Positions 53,447 through 64,000 of a stretch of 64,000 bases of DNA are shown in pieces. The DNA is from an uncultured Gellertiella sp. GTDB taxonomy: Bacteria; Pseudomonadota; Alphaproteobacteria; Rhizobiales; Rhizobiaceae. The number at the start of each line of letters is the position of its first letter. Position 1 is the stretch's first letter. Location: assembly GCA_963457605.1 (NCBI GenBank), contig OY735138.1. One strand, given 5' to 3'. Position numbers and translations under genes: made by a program. The notes under the pieces are model-generated. The model did no database searches. It was given only the letters and a program-made list of their open reading frames with translations, and had not been told where the DNA came from.

Positions 53447-54934
53447 ATGCTCAGGATCATCGCACTTGTCTCAGCATTGCTGTTCAGCCTGCCCCTCGCG
53501 GCGCAGGCCGAAGGCGTGCTGCATCTTGGCACCGATGTCGGTTTTGGAGCCAAGACCACCATGGACCCCTATGATGGCAACCGGTTCTGGCCGGTCATCA
53601 ACATCGTCTTCGACGGGCTGGTGACGCTGACGCCGGACGGCAAGCCCGAGCCACGGCTGGCGACCTCCTGGTCCTCCAGCGAGAACCTGACCGTCTGGAC
53701 CTTCAAGCTCAGGACCGGCGTCAGATTCCATGATGGCCGCGCCTTCGGCGCGAAGGACGTGCTCTGGTCCTACAAGCGGATGCTGGACAAGGATTTCGAC
53801 AGCCCGGTGCGCGCCGTCCTGTCGATCATCAGGGACATCAAGGCGGTCGACGACCAGACGGTCGAATTCGATCTCTCCGCGCCGGAAGCGGATTTCCCGC
53901 TGCTTGCCGGTGACTATCGTGCCCTGATCCTGCCGGAGGGCACGACGGCGGAAAGCGTGCATGACAAGCCGATCGGCACCGGCCCCTTCATCGCCGAAAC
54001 CGTCGATCCCGAAGGCACCACGGTGCTTTCGGCCAATCCCGACTATTACGGCGGCAAGCCGAAACTCTCCTCCATCGAGGTGGTGGCGATTGCCGACAGC
54101 TCGGCCCGCGTCCAGGCGCTGTTGTCCGGCCAGCTCGACATGCTGCTGACGATTGACGCCAAGCAGGCGCCGCTGTTTGCCGGCAATCCGGATTTCACCC
54201 TGCAGCACATTCCCTCCGGCGACTGGAATGCCATCGACTTCCAGACCAATGTGAAGCCCTTCGACGATGTCAGGGTGCGCAAGGCCCTGAGGCTGGCGGT
54301 GGACCGCGAGGCGCTGACCCGGCTGGTGCTCGGCGACGGCAACGGCATCGTCAGCTGCGACACGCCGGTCTGGAACGGCGACGCCTATCATTCGGACTTT
54401 GCCGACTGCCATCAGGATATCGCCGGCGCAAGGAAGCTGCTGGCGGAGGCGGGCTATCCCGATGGCATCGATGTCGAGATCTTCACCTCCGACGTGGAGG
54501 AAAACATGGTCCAGATCGTCGAGGCCTATCAGGCGCAGGTCAAGGCGGCCGGCATTCGCGTCAAGCTGTCGATGACCGCGTCCGACGGCTTCTGGGACAG
54601 TGTCTGGATGAAGCGGCCGGCCTTTGTCGACAGCTGGGGCCAGCGGCCCGCCACCCAGGTGCTGAACGAGGTCTATCGCTCGACCGCCAACTGGAATCCC
54701 TCGGTCTGGAAACATCCCGAATTTGACGCGATGCTCGACAAGGCGCGCGCCGAGCCGGATTTTGCCCGCCGCAAGGCGCTCTATGGCGAGATCCAGAAGA
54801 AGCTCTATGACGAGGGCGGCATGCTGATTCCCTATCACAAGGTGCTGCTGAGGGTGCTGCGCGATTCCGTGAGGGGCGTCGAGGCTCCCTTCGTCACGGA
54901 AAACATCGACTGGGCCACGGTCGACGTCGAATAG
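53447..54934 (+). CDS. family-5 extracellular solute-binding protein (Opp/Dpp-type)
   Basis: Tail of ORF 52925..54934, ATG 53447 after GGAGGAG. Signal peptide MLRIIALVSALLFSLPLAAQA. SBP_bac_5-like (LATSW......WTFKLR.GV.FHDG). Confidence 0.85.
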   Translation: MLRIIALVSALLFSLPLAAQAEGVLHLGTDVGFGAKTTMDPYDGNRFWPVINIVFDGLVTLTPDGKPEPRLATSWSSSENLTVWTFKLRTGVRFHDGRAFGAKDVLWSYKRMLDKDFDSPVRAVLSIIRDIKAVDDQTVEFDLSAPEADFPLLAGDYRALILPEGTTAESVHDKPIGTGPFIAETVDPEGTTVLSANPDYYGGKPKLSSIEVVAIADSSARVQALLSGQLDMLLTIDAKQAPLFAGNPDFTLQHIPSGDWNAIDFQTNVKPFDDVRVRKALRLAVDREALTRLVLGDGNGIVSCDTPVWNGDAYHSDFADCHQDIAGARKLLAEAGYPDGIDVEIFTSDVEENMVQIVEAYQAQVKAAGIRVKLSMTASDGFWDSVWMKRPAFVDSWGQRPATQVLNEVYRSTANWNPSVWKHPEFDAMLDKARAEPDFARRKALYGEIQKKLYDEGGMLIPYHKVLLRVLRDSVRGVEAPFVTENIDWATVDVE

Positions 54935-54963
54935 GCACGGCAAGAGGGCAAAGGGAGGGGGAG

Positions 54964-55914
54964 ATGGTCGGGATTATCGCGCGGAGACTCTGGCTGGGCG
55001 GCATCACGCTGCTGGCCGTGACCTTCATCATGTTCAGCGCCGTCACCCTGCTGCCGGGTGATGCCTGCTCGGCCCGCCTCGGCCGTGCGGCAACGCCTGC
55101 CTCGCTGGCCAAATGCCGGGCGAGCCTGCCGGACCAGGGACCGCTTCTGCTGCGCTATGTCCACTGGGCGGGCCATGCGCTGACCGGGGATTTCGGCCAG
55201 TCGGTCGCCCGTCAGAAGCCGGTCGGGCCGGTGATCCTGCTGCGGTTCCGCAACACGCTGGTGCTGGCGCTGGCCGCAGCCCTGATCGGCTTTCCCGTCG
55301 CCATCCTGCTCGGCGTCATCGCCGCGCTGCGCCGCGACGGCTTTCTCGACGTGCTTGTCTCGACCGTGGCGCTGACCGCCATGACCGTGCCGGAATTCGT
55401 CTCGGCAACCGCGCTGGTGCTGGTGTTCAGCATCTGGCTGCACTGGCTGCCGGGCATCAACATCGTGCCGCCGGATGCGCCGCTGCTGAAACTCGTCGCC
55501 TCGATCACCACGCCGGCGCTGGTGCTCGCCTTCCTCAACACCGCCCATGTGCTGCGGATGGTGCGCTCCTGCGTGCTCGACGTGCTGGAAAGCCCCTTCG
55601 TGCAGATGGCGCATCTGCGCGGCATTCCCTATCTCCGGGTGATCTTCCTGCATGTGCTGCCGAGTGCGCTGCTGCCGGCCATCAGCCTGCTGGCGATGCA
55701 GTTTGCCTGGCTGCTCGGCGGCGTCGTGGTGGTCGAGGTGGTGTTCAACTATCCCGGCCTCGGGCGGCTGACGGTCGATGCGATTTCCGACCGCGACCTG
55801 CCGCTGGTGCTCGGCGTCGCCTCGATCCTCGCCGCCATCTATGTCCTTGCCAACAGTATCGGAGACATCCTGATGGTGCTTGCCAACCCGCGCCTGCGCA
55901 CGATGCGGAGCTAG
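54964..55914 (+). CDS. Opp/Dpp-type ABC transporter permease (DppB-like)
   Basis: 316 aa, hydrophobic, LLPGD motif and EAA-type loop. Confidence 0.85.
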   Translation: MVGIIARRLWLGGITLLAVTFIMFSAVTLLPGDACSARLGRAATPASLAKCRASLPDQGPLLLRYVHWAGHALTGDFGQSVARQKPVGPVILLRFRNTLVLALAAALIGFPVAILLGVIAALRRDGFLDVLVSTVALTAMTVPEFVSATALVLVFSIWLHWLPGINIVPPDAPLLKLVASITTPALVLAFLNTAHVLRMVRSCVLDVLESPFVQMAHLRGIPYLRVIFLHVLPSALLPAISLLAMQFAWLLGGVVVVEVVFNYPGLGRLTVDAISDRDLPLVLGVASILAAIYVLANSIGDILMVLANPRLRTMRS

Positions 55915-55920
55915 ACGCCG

Positions 55921-56786
55921 ATGCTTGCGCTCCCTGCCGGTCTGCGTGATGTTCTTTCCTCCCTGCTCCGCCAGCGCTCCGGCCAGATCGGGGTGACCCT
56001 GCTCGTCCTCCATCTCGCGGTGATGCTCATCGCGCCGCTGGTCGTCCCCTATGATTTCTCGCTGCAGGACGGGGCAAGCATGTTTGGCGGGCCGAGTGCC
56101 GCCCATTGGCTCGGAACCGATCACCTTGGCCGCGATGTCTTCACCCGGCTGCTGCTTGGCGGCAGGCAGGCGCTGTTCACCACCTTTCTCGCCGCCGTGC
56201 TGGCGGTTGGCTGGGGTGCTGTCACCGGGATATCGGCGGGCTATGTCGGCGGCTGGTATGACGAGTTGCTGATGCGGGTGATCGATGCCTTCCAGGCGGT
56301 GCCCTGGCTGCTGTTCGTCATGCTGCTGGTCACCATTCTCGGCAACAGCACCACGGTGATGGTGCTGGTCCTCGGCTTCTGCTACGGCCTGCCCTCGGCC
56401 CGCATTGCCCGTTCGGCCACCCTCGACATCGTCGCCAGCGACTATATCTCGGCGGCGCGGCTGTCGGGGGACAGCACCGCGACGATCATTTTCCACGAAA
56501 TCCTGCCGAATGTGCGCAATGTCATCCTGGTTGACGGGGCCATGCAATGGTCGTGGATGCTGCTGTGGTTTTCCTCGCTGTCCTTCCTCGGCCTCGGCGT
56601 CAGCCCGCCCAATCCCGACTGGGGGCTGATGATCTCGGAGGTCCGCCTCTACATGCAGGTGATCCCGCTGGCAGCGCTGGCACCGATGCTGGCGCTGTCG
56701 AGCCTGATCATCGGCATCAACCTCACCGCCGATACGCTCGGCAAGGCCTTCGGCATCGACCGGGCCAAACTGGAGGCCGAACGGGG

Positions 56787-56790
<4 letters not shown>
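55921..56790 (+). CDS. Opp/Dpp-type ABC transporter permease (DppC-like)
   Basis: 289 aa. HWLGTDHLGRDVFTRLL N-terminal motif typical of DppC/OppC. Confidence 0.85.
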
Positions 56791-58634
<1,844 letters not shown>

Positions 58635-58866
58635 AAGGTGGAGGCAGACGTTTGCAGGACGGAACCTGCCGCAGGGTTCAGGGCCGCGTACAACGCTTTG
58701 ATCCCCTGTTTTCACGCATGTCTTTCGCGCAAACCCACCGAACATTCTTGCGCCGCTTGCCCCGGTCATACCTCATTTATTGACGAAAACCGCATTTCAC
58801 ATTTCACATTTCACTCAGGATATCGCACCATACCGCAATTCCTGAAGGGCAACTGACGACGGCATC

Positions 58867-61800
58867 ATGACCTATTCCGAGAGCGATATCCTGCATGCGG
58901 TTGGCGTCAGGGCATTTTCGGCCGGCAGGGACTATCAGCGCCAGGGGCGGGTCATTGCAGTGCAGTGGAATGGCGTCGATGACATGGTCACGCAGGTACA
59001 GGGATCCGACCGCAAACCCTATCGTCTCCGCATCGCCATCGGTGCCGTCGGCAAGGGCCGGTTGACCATCGAAGGGCATTGCTCCTGTCCCATCGGCTTC
59101 AATTGCAAACATGTGGCGGCAAGTCTGCTGGATCGCCTGTCGGCAAGGAAAACCGCGCCGAATGCAGATGTGCCGCATGGCGAATCGCGCAGCCCGACGC
59201 AATTGCGCACAGGTGCTGCCGCGGGCAGACCGGCAGCACCAGACCAGCCGCTCGCGCCATCGCTCTCTCCTCCCGTTGCGGACTGGCTGCGCCGCCTGCG
59301 CCAGGCCGACCAGAGGAGCCAGCAGGACAACGACCATCTTCCGCAGCGGCTGATCTATATCCTGTCGCCTGAACGGGTCCATGCAACAATGCCCCGCCTG
59401 CAGCTGGAGATCCGGTCAGGCCGGATGCTGAAGGACGGAACGCTGTCGCCGGCGTCAAGTGCCTATAATCTCGACAATTGGCAGGACCGGTCCGCGGCGA
59501 AATACCTGCGTGAGGCGGACCGGAAGATCCTGCAGATGATTGTCTCGATCCCGCGCGCCCTGTCGTTTGGCCATACGCTGGTGCTGACCACCGCGCGGGG
59601 GGCGGAACTGACCGAACAGATCCTCGCCACCGGCCGGGCCCGCTGGCTTTCCATCTATGGCGTCGCGCTTTCGGCGGGAGCGGCAATCCCGGGGGAGGTT
59701 CGCTGGGGGCCGGGAGAGGGCGGCGCGCTGCGTGCCGCGTTGCAGCTCGCGGATCCCGCCCGCAGCGCAGCTGTCACCCTCCTGAATGCCATGCCGCCGG
59801 TCTATGTCGATCCGGCGGCCGGCATCCTTGGCCGGATCGAGACCGCCCTTGCGCCTCCGGTGGCCCACGAGATGCTGAGCGGCCCGGATATTCCGGCCGC
59901 CGAGGTTTCCCTCGTTGCTTCGCAACTGCGGGCCTCGGGGGAGAGGCTGGCAAATTCGGCACCACCACCGCTCGCCGAGCCCCGGATCATCACCGGGCCG
60001 TTCCAGCCGGTGCTGAAGCTGATGACGGTGCTGATGCCCGTCCCCTATCGTTCCGGCTATTACGGCTATGTGCAAACAGAATCTGTTGCCATCGCCCGCG
60101 TCGCCTATCGCTATGACAGATGGGAGGCGGCGGCAAGCGTGATGGAGTCCGTTGTCCTGCACATGGACGATCTGACGCCCGTCGAAGTCCATCGCAACGC
60201 GAAAGCGGAAAAGGCCGCCCTGGCCCAGTTGCGCAGGGCCCATTTTCTGCCGGTACCAAAGGTGCGAAGCTGGGTTCCCAGCGCCAACCAGCGGGATTTT
60301 ATGCCCGATGTGGGCGAGGATGGCTGGTACGAGGCGCTGTATCACAAAATTCCCGCCCTGGAACGACAGGGCTGGCAGGTCGAGACAGCGCCGGACTTCC
60401 CCCACCGGCTGCTGCGCGTCGATGGGGCCTTCGAAGCCCGTCTGGACCAGGCTTCGGGCCTCGACTGGTTCGAATTCGACCTCGGCGTGATGGTCGAAGG
60501 CGCAAGGGTTGATCTGATCGGCCCGATGATCCGGCTTCTGTCGGCAACCGAACCTGAAACCCTGGACCAGATGGAAGACGATGAGCCGCTGTTCCTGCCA
60601 TTGCAGGGCGGCCAGGTACTGGCGGCCCCGGTTGGCAGCATTCTGCCACTGGTCAGGACACTGTTCGATCTCTTCAATCTGGCCGGAGGTCTGAGAGCGG
60701 ACGGGCGATTGCGGCTGTCGGGACGGGATGCCGCCGGACTTGCGGGTCTGGAAGACGCCGCCGGTGCCGGCGTCCGGTGGCAGGGCGGCGACGGGGTGCG
60801 GGCATTGGGCCGGAAACTGCGCGATCACGGTGGCATACCTGACGTCGAACTGCCCCCCTGGTTTGGCGCGACATTGCGGCCCTATCAGGCACGCGGGCTG
60901 GCCTGGCTGGCTTTTCTGAAGAGTGCCGGACTTGGCGGCATTCTGGCCGATGACATGGGTCTTGGCAAAACCGTTCAGGCGCTCGCCCTGATCGCCGTCG
61001 AGAAAGCCGCCGGGCGCCTGTCCGGCCCTGTTCTGGTCATCGCCCCCACAAGCCTGATGGTCAACTGGGCGACGGAAGCCGAAAAATTCGCACCTGAACT
61101 CTCGGTGCTCGTCCTGCACGGGGCCGATCGAAAACAGCATTTCGACAGCCTCGACAGCGTCGATCTGGTGCTCACCACCTATCCGTTGCTGAGCCGCGAC
61201 AGCGCCATTCTCGCCGGGCGCGACTGGCAGATGATTTTTCTCGATGAGGCGCAAGTCATCAAGAATGCCACGGCGGCGACGACGAAGCTGGTCCATGCCC
61301 TCAAATCGCCGCATCGCTTCTGCCTGACCGGAACGCCGCTGGAAAACCATCTGGGAGAGCTCTGGTCGCTGTTTCATTTCATCGCGCCGGGCTTTCTCGG
61401 CGATCTCAAGGCTTTTACCCGCCAATGGCGGACACCGATCGAGAAAAAGGGCGACAAGGCCCGCTCCAGTCTGCTGGCAGCGCGGATCAAGCCTTTCCTG
61501 CTGCGCCGGACAAAACAAGATGTCGCCGGGGATCTGCCGCCCAAAACCGTGATCACCGAGAAGGTGGCGTTTGCGCCGGGCCAGAGGACCATCTACGATT
61601 CCATCCGGCTGGCGATGCATGCAAAAGTTCAGTCCGCCATTGCCGAAAAGGGCCTTGCCCGCAGTCATATCGTGATACTGGATGCCCTGCTGAAACTGCG
61701 CCAGGCCTGCTGCGATCCGCGTCTTCTAAAGCTGACGCCGGCGAAGAAATCCCCGTCGGCACCGGTCGGTTCCGCCAAGCTCGAACGGCTGATGGAATTG

Positions 61801-62277
61801 GTCGCCAATCTCGTCGATGAGGGGCGCAAGGTCATCGTGTTTTCCCAGTTTACCTCCATGCTGGACCTGATCCGCGATCAGCTGGACGAAGCGGGCATTT
61901 CCTACGCCTTGCTGACCGGAGATACGGTTGATCGGGGCACCCAGGTAAAATCCTTCCAGCACGGAACAATGCCGGTCTTCCTCATCAGCCTGAAGGCGGG
62001 TGGCGTGGGCCTCAACCTGACGGCAGCCGATACCGTGATCCTCTATGACCCCTGGTGGAACCCCGCAGTGGAAGAGCAGGCCATCGACCGCGCCCACCGG
62101 ATCGGCCAGGACAAGCCGGTCTTCGTCTACCGGCTGGTCGCCACCGAGACGATCGAAGAGAAAATGGACATCCTCAAGGACAGGAAACGGGCGCTCGCGG
62201 CCAGCCTTTTCGACGATGACGGAAAGCCCACCCTTGCGCTGACCGAGGCGGATTTCGAGTTGCTGCTGGGCGCGTGA
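58867..62277 (+). CDS. SNF2-family helicase with N-terminal SWIM zinc finger
   Basis: 1136 aa. SWIM CxC..CxH (CSCPIGFNCKHVAASLL). SNF2_N motifs (LADDMGLGKTVQAL, DEAQVIKN, LTGTPLENHL) and Helicase_C (LISLKAGGVGLNLTAADTVILYDPWWNPAVEEQAIDRAHRIGQ). Confidence 0.9.
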   Translation: MTYSESDILHAVGVRAFSAGRDYQRQGRVIAVQWNGVDDMVTQVQGSDRKPYRLRIAIGAVGKGRLTIEGHCSCPIGFNCKHVAASLLDRLSARKTAPNADVPHGESRSPTQLRTGAAAGRPAAPDQPLAPSLSPPVADWLRRLRQADQRSQQDNDHLPQRLIYILSPERVHATMPRLQLEIRSGRMLKDGTLSPASSAYNLDNWQDRSAAKYLREADRKILQMIVSIPRALSFGHTLVLTTARGAELTEQILATGRARWLSIYGVALSAGAAIPGEVRWGPGEGGALRAALQLADPARSAAVTLLNAMPPVYVDPAAGILGRIETALAPPVAHEMLSGPDIPAAEVSLVASQLRASGERLANSAPPPLAEPRIITGPFQPVLKLMTVLMPVPYRSGYYGYVQTESVAIARVAYRYDRWEAAASVMESVVLHMDDLTPVEVHRNAKAEKAALAQLRRAHFLPVPKVRSWVPSANQRDFMPDVGEDGWYEALYHKIPALERQGWQVETAPDFPHRLLRVDGAFEARLDQASGLDWFEFDLGVMVEGARVDLIGPMIRLLSATEPETLDQMEDDEPLFLPLQGGQVLAAPVGSILPLVRTLFDLFNLAGGLRADGRLRLSGRDAAGLAGLEDAAGAGVRWQGGDGVRALGRKLRDHGGIPDVELPPWFGATLRPYQARGLAWLAFLKSAGLGGILADDMGLGKTVQALALIAVEKAAGRLSGPVLVIAPTSLMVNWATEAEKFAPELSVLVLHGADRKQHFDSLDSVDLVLTTYPLLSRDSAILAGRDWQMIFLDEAQVIKNATAATTKLVHALKSPHRFCLTGTPLENHLGELWSLFHFIAPGFLGDLKAFTRQWRTPIEKKGDKARSSLLAARIKPFLLRRTKQDVAGDLPPKTVITEKVAFAPGQRTIYDSIRLAMHAKVQSAIAEKGLARSHIVILDALLKLRQACCDPRLLKLTPAKKSPSAPVGSAKLERLMELVANLVDEGRKVIVFSQFTSMLDLIRDQLDEAGISYALLTGDTVDRGTQVKSFQHGTMPVFLISLKAGGVGLNLTAADTVILYDPWWNPAVEEQAIDRAHRIGQDKPVFVYRLVATETIEEKMDILKDRKRALAASLFDDDGKPTLALTEADFELLLGA

Positions 62278-62459
62278 CGCAAGGCCTTTCGGTAAAGTGA
62301 CATGAAACACGCCCGGATCGGGCAAGATGCGGTATCGATCCGCCGAAGGCCGTGGTGCGCCTGTTTCCGGCCCGGGCCCCTTCCCCCTTCCCCCTGCAAA
62401 GGCAGGCGAGCTGCGATGTCCGGCAACCCGGGCACTATGCCCGCCCGGAAAACACAGAC

Positions 62460-63608
62460 CTACAGGATCCCCCAGGCCCGAAACCTGCCCCTGCCCGTCA
62501 TCTCCCTGAGGCCAAGCTCCACAACGATCCTGCGTGCGCCTTGAGGCGTCACATCGAGCGTTTTCGCCACCATTCCGGCAGAGACCAGCGGTCGTGCCAT
62601 CACCAGTTCGATCAGGTCCGGCAGTCGTGAGGAGGTTCGCCGTCCCAAAAGCTTGCGTTCCAGCATCTGGCGCGCCAGCGCCAGCCGGTCATGCTCCTTC
62701 AGGCCGGTTTCGGCACCGGCAAGCAGCCCTTCGGTGATGGCAAGCAGCCGGACATCGCGATGCCGGTGACGACGGCGGTCGACGGGGATGGTCTTCAGGC
62801 CGAGATTGAAGGCGGCGAGATGGGCGCCTGAGGTGATGCCCGCCTTTCGCAGCAGGGCGGCAGACAGCAGCCGCCCGAGCCAGGGGGCGTTCTCCAGGAC
62901 GGCGAGCTGGTTCCAGGCATCGAGCGCGATGATGGCCTGCAGCACCGGCGGCAGGTCCTCGGCCAGATCAAGCACGGCGCGCCATTCGTCGAGCCTCAAA
63001 TCCTCGTCCCGGTCAGGATCATGGATCAGCATCTCCCCTTGCGGCGAAGCGGGGCGAGCGGGCCGTCTTGCCGCATCGATGGCCGACTCTGACCGGGCCA
63101 GCACCGCATCGATGGCGGCAAGTTCCACATCAAACGGGTTGACATCCTCCTGATCGTCCTGCCCCTCCCCTCCCCCGGCACCGCCGCAACCGGGGTCGGC
63201 CGGCGCGGCCGCATGGTCACCACAGTCCCCGCCGTCAGGGGATGGTGCAGGCCACGCCTGCCCGCGCAGGCTTGCGAGCCCCTCGACCGACAGCGCCCAG
63301 CCGGGAGGCTGTGCGGCGATACGGCGGCGGGTCTTGAGGACGTCGCGGGCGATGGTCAGTTCATGGGTTGGGGCGCGAATATCGCGGGTGGCATCATGCA
63401 GGACGAGGTCTTCGAGATGGACAAGCTGGCCGTCGATCCACAGCGAGGCGCAGGCATCGGTAAACTGGGCGCGTTCGAGAAAGCCCGCGCCGACCGGTGA
63501 GCGGTTGATGCGCTCGTCAAGACGGGTGAGCGCGTGACCGGCATCCGAGATCGGTCGCAGCAGGCTGCGGACGGGCAATGTGGCGAGATCATAAACCATT
63601 GAATTCAT
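62460..63608 (-). CDS. DUF1612 / RHE_PE00001-type protein with C-terminal HTH
   Basis: 382 aa. Sequence (LWIDGQLVHLEDLVLHD, APWLGRLLSAALLRKAGIT, C-terminal TPQGARRIVVELGLREMTGRGRFRAWGI) resembles the rhizobial-plasmid DUF1612 family, recognised from memory. Confidence 0.6.
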   Translation of the reverse strand: MNSMVYDLATLPVRSLLRPISDAGHALTRLDERINRSPVGAGFLERAQFTDACASLWIDGQLVHLEDLVLHDATRDIRAPTHELTIARDVLKTRRRIAAQPPGWALSVEGLASLRGQAWPAPSPDGGDCGDHAAAPADPGCGGAGGGEGQDDQEDVNPFDVELAAIDAVLARSESAIDAARRPARPASPQGEMLIHDPDRDEDLRLDEWRAVLDLAEDLPPVLQAIIALDAWNQLAVLENAPWLGRLLSAALLRKAGITSGAHLAAFNLGLKTIPVDRRRHRHRDVRLLAITEGLLAGAETGLKEHDRLALARQMLERKLLGRRTSSRLPDLIELVMARPLVSAGMVAKTLDVTPQGARRIVVELGLREMTGRGRFRAWGIL

Positions 63609-63789
63609 GGTAAACGATTCATGAAACGAAATCCATATGAAGATTAAGGTTCTCTACTCGGGACGAATGCGCATCCATCGCATCACCGCCGATAAGTACC
63701 CCTTATCGGAAGCAAGCCAGCTCTTGCAGATATCTTGCCATCTTATGCGGCAAATACTATGGTGTGGCCACAAACCCTTGGGGAACACC

Positions 63790-64000
63790 ATGGCCGAACC
63801 ACAGCTTTCCATCCGCAGCGGCAAGGCTCGCGATCTCGCCCATTCCCTTGCCCGTCGCACCGGCCAGCCGATCAACCGGCTGGTCGAGCTGGCGCTGGAG
63901 CGATACGACCAGGAACTGCGGGAGGACAAGGTCCGTTACCCGATGGACGCGGTTTGGGATCTGGCTGCCGAGGACCGGCGCAACATCCCGGCTGGCACCA
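63790..64000 (+). CDS. VapB-type (PSK/Rv0623-like) antitoxin, 3'-partial at window end
   Basis: Own translation from ATG 63790: MAEPQLSIRSGKARDLAHSLARRTGQPINRLVELALERYDQELRED... This is typical of the antitoxins that precede PIN toxins. The ORF runs off the window and is not in the ORF track. Confidence 0.55.
   Translation, partial: MAEPQLSIRSGKARDLAHSLARRTGQPINRLVELALERYDQELREDKVRYPMDAVWDLAAEDRRNIPAGT

Noticed and set aside
58794-58814. 3 x 7-bp micro-repeat ATTTCAC upstream of the SNF2 helicase gene
   Set aside because: Real in the sequence, but too short and isolated to interpret. It could be promoter-proximal, but no second copy or dyad supports a regulatory call.
58867-62277. SNF2 helicase as the core of an anti-phage defence system (DISARM/BREX/other SNF2-containing systems)
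   Set aside because: No adjacent methyltransferase, PLD/nuclease, DUF1998 or other signature partner on either side. The SWIM-SNF2 architecture is widespread as a stand-alone gene.

Overview
High-GC, alphaproteobacterial (Rhizobiaceae-like) accessory DNA, densely packed with transport and catabolic operons. No rRNA, tRNA or CRISPR array was recognised.

Gene content, left to right:
- Sulfur-scavenging cluster: sfnG-like monooxygenase, Liv-type ABC transporter whose binding-protein gene is truncated, SfnB-like oxidoreductase, flavin reductase, two paralogous FAD/NAD(P)-binding proteins, and an SDR.
- ABC-F ATPase.
- Coherent chitosan / glucosamine-oligosaccharide utilisation locus: secreted GH46 chitosanase, SIS GlcN-6-P deaminase-like protein, Glk-family kinase, GH9-like glucosaminidase, Opp/Dpp-type ABC transporter, LacI regulator.
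- Pot-type polyamine-like ABC locus with an FAD oxidase and an XRE-cupin regulator.
- Complete IS30-family element.
- Aldolase, DnaQ-like exonuclease, CoxG-like protein, arsC, and a kinase / class-III aminotransferase fusion.
- RND efflux pair.
- Second Opp/Dpp-type ABC locus with a TetR regulator.
- SWIM-SNF2 helicase, a DUF1612-type protein, and the start of a VapB-like antitoxin.

Main finding: a ~5.6-kb, visibly lower-GC, single-strand gene block at about 39.5-45.2 kb. It has the full gene complement of a Microviridae (small ssDNA phage) genome:
- VP2/H-like pilot protein.
- A 28-aa highly basic peptide.
- 548-aa VP1/F-like capsid.
- M15 peptidase.
- HUH rolling-circle Rep.
The block carries no integrase and is bounded by ~24-bp imperfect direct repeats with a Xer/dif-like architecture.

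Second theme: a family of ~37-45-bp palindromic (REP-like) hairpin elements in five copies. Two copies are embedded in a larger mosaic element, and two donate the C-terminal codons and stop codon of unrelated genes.
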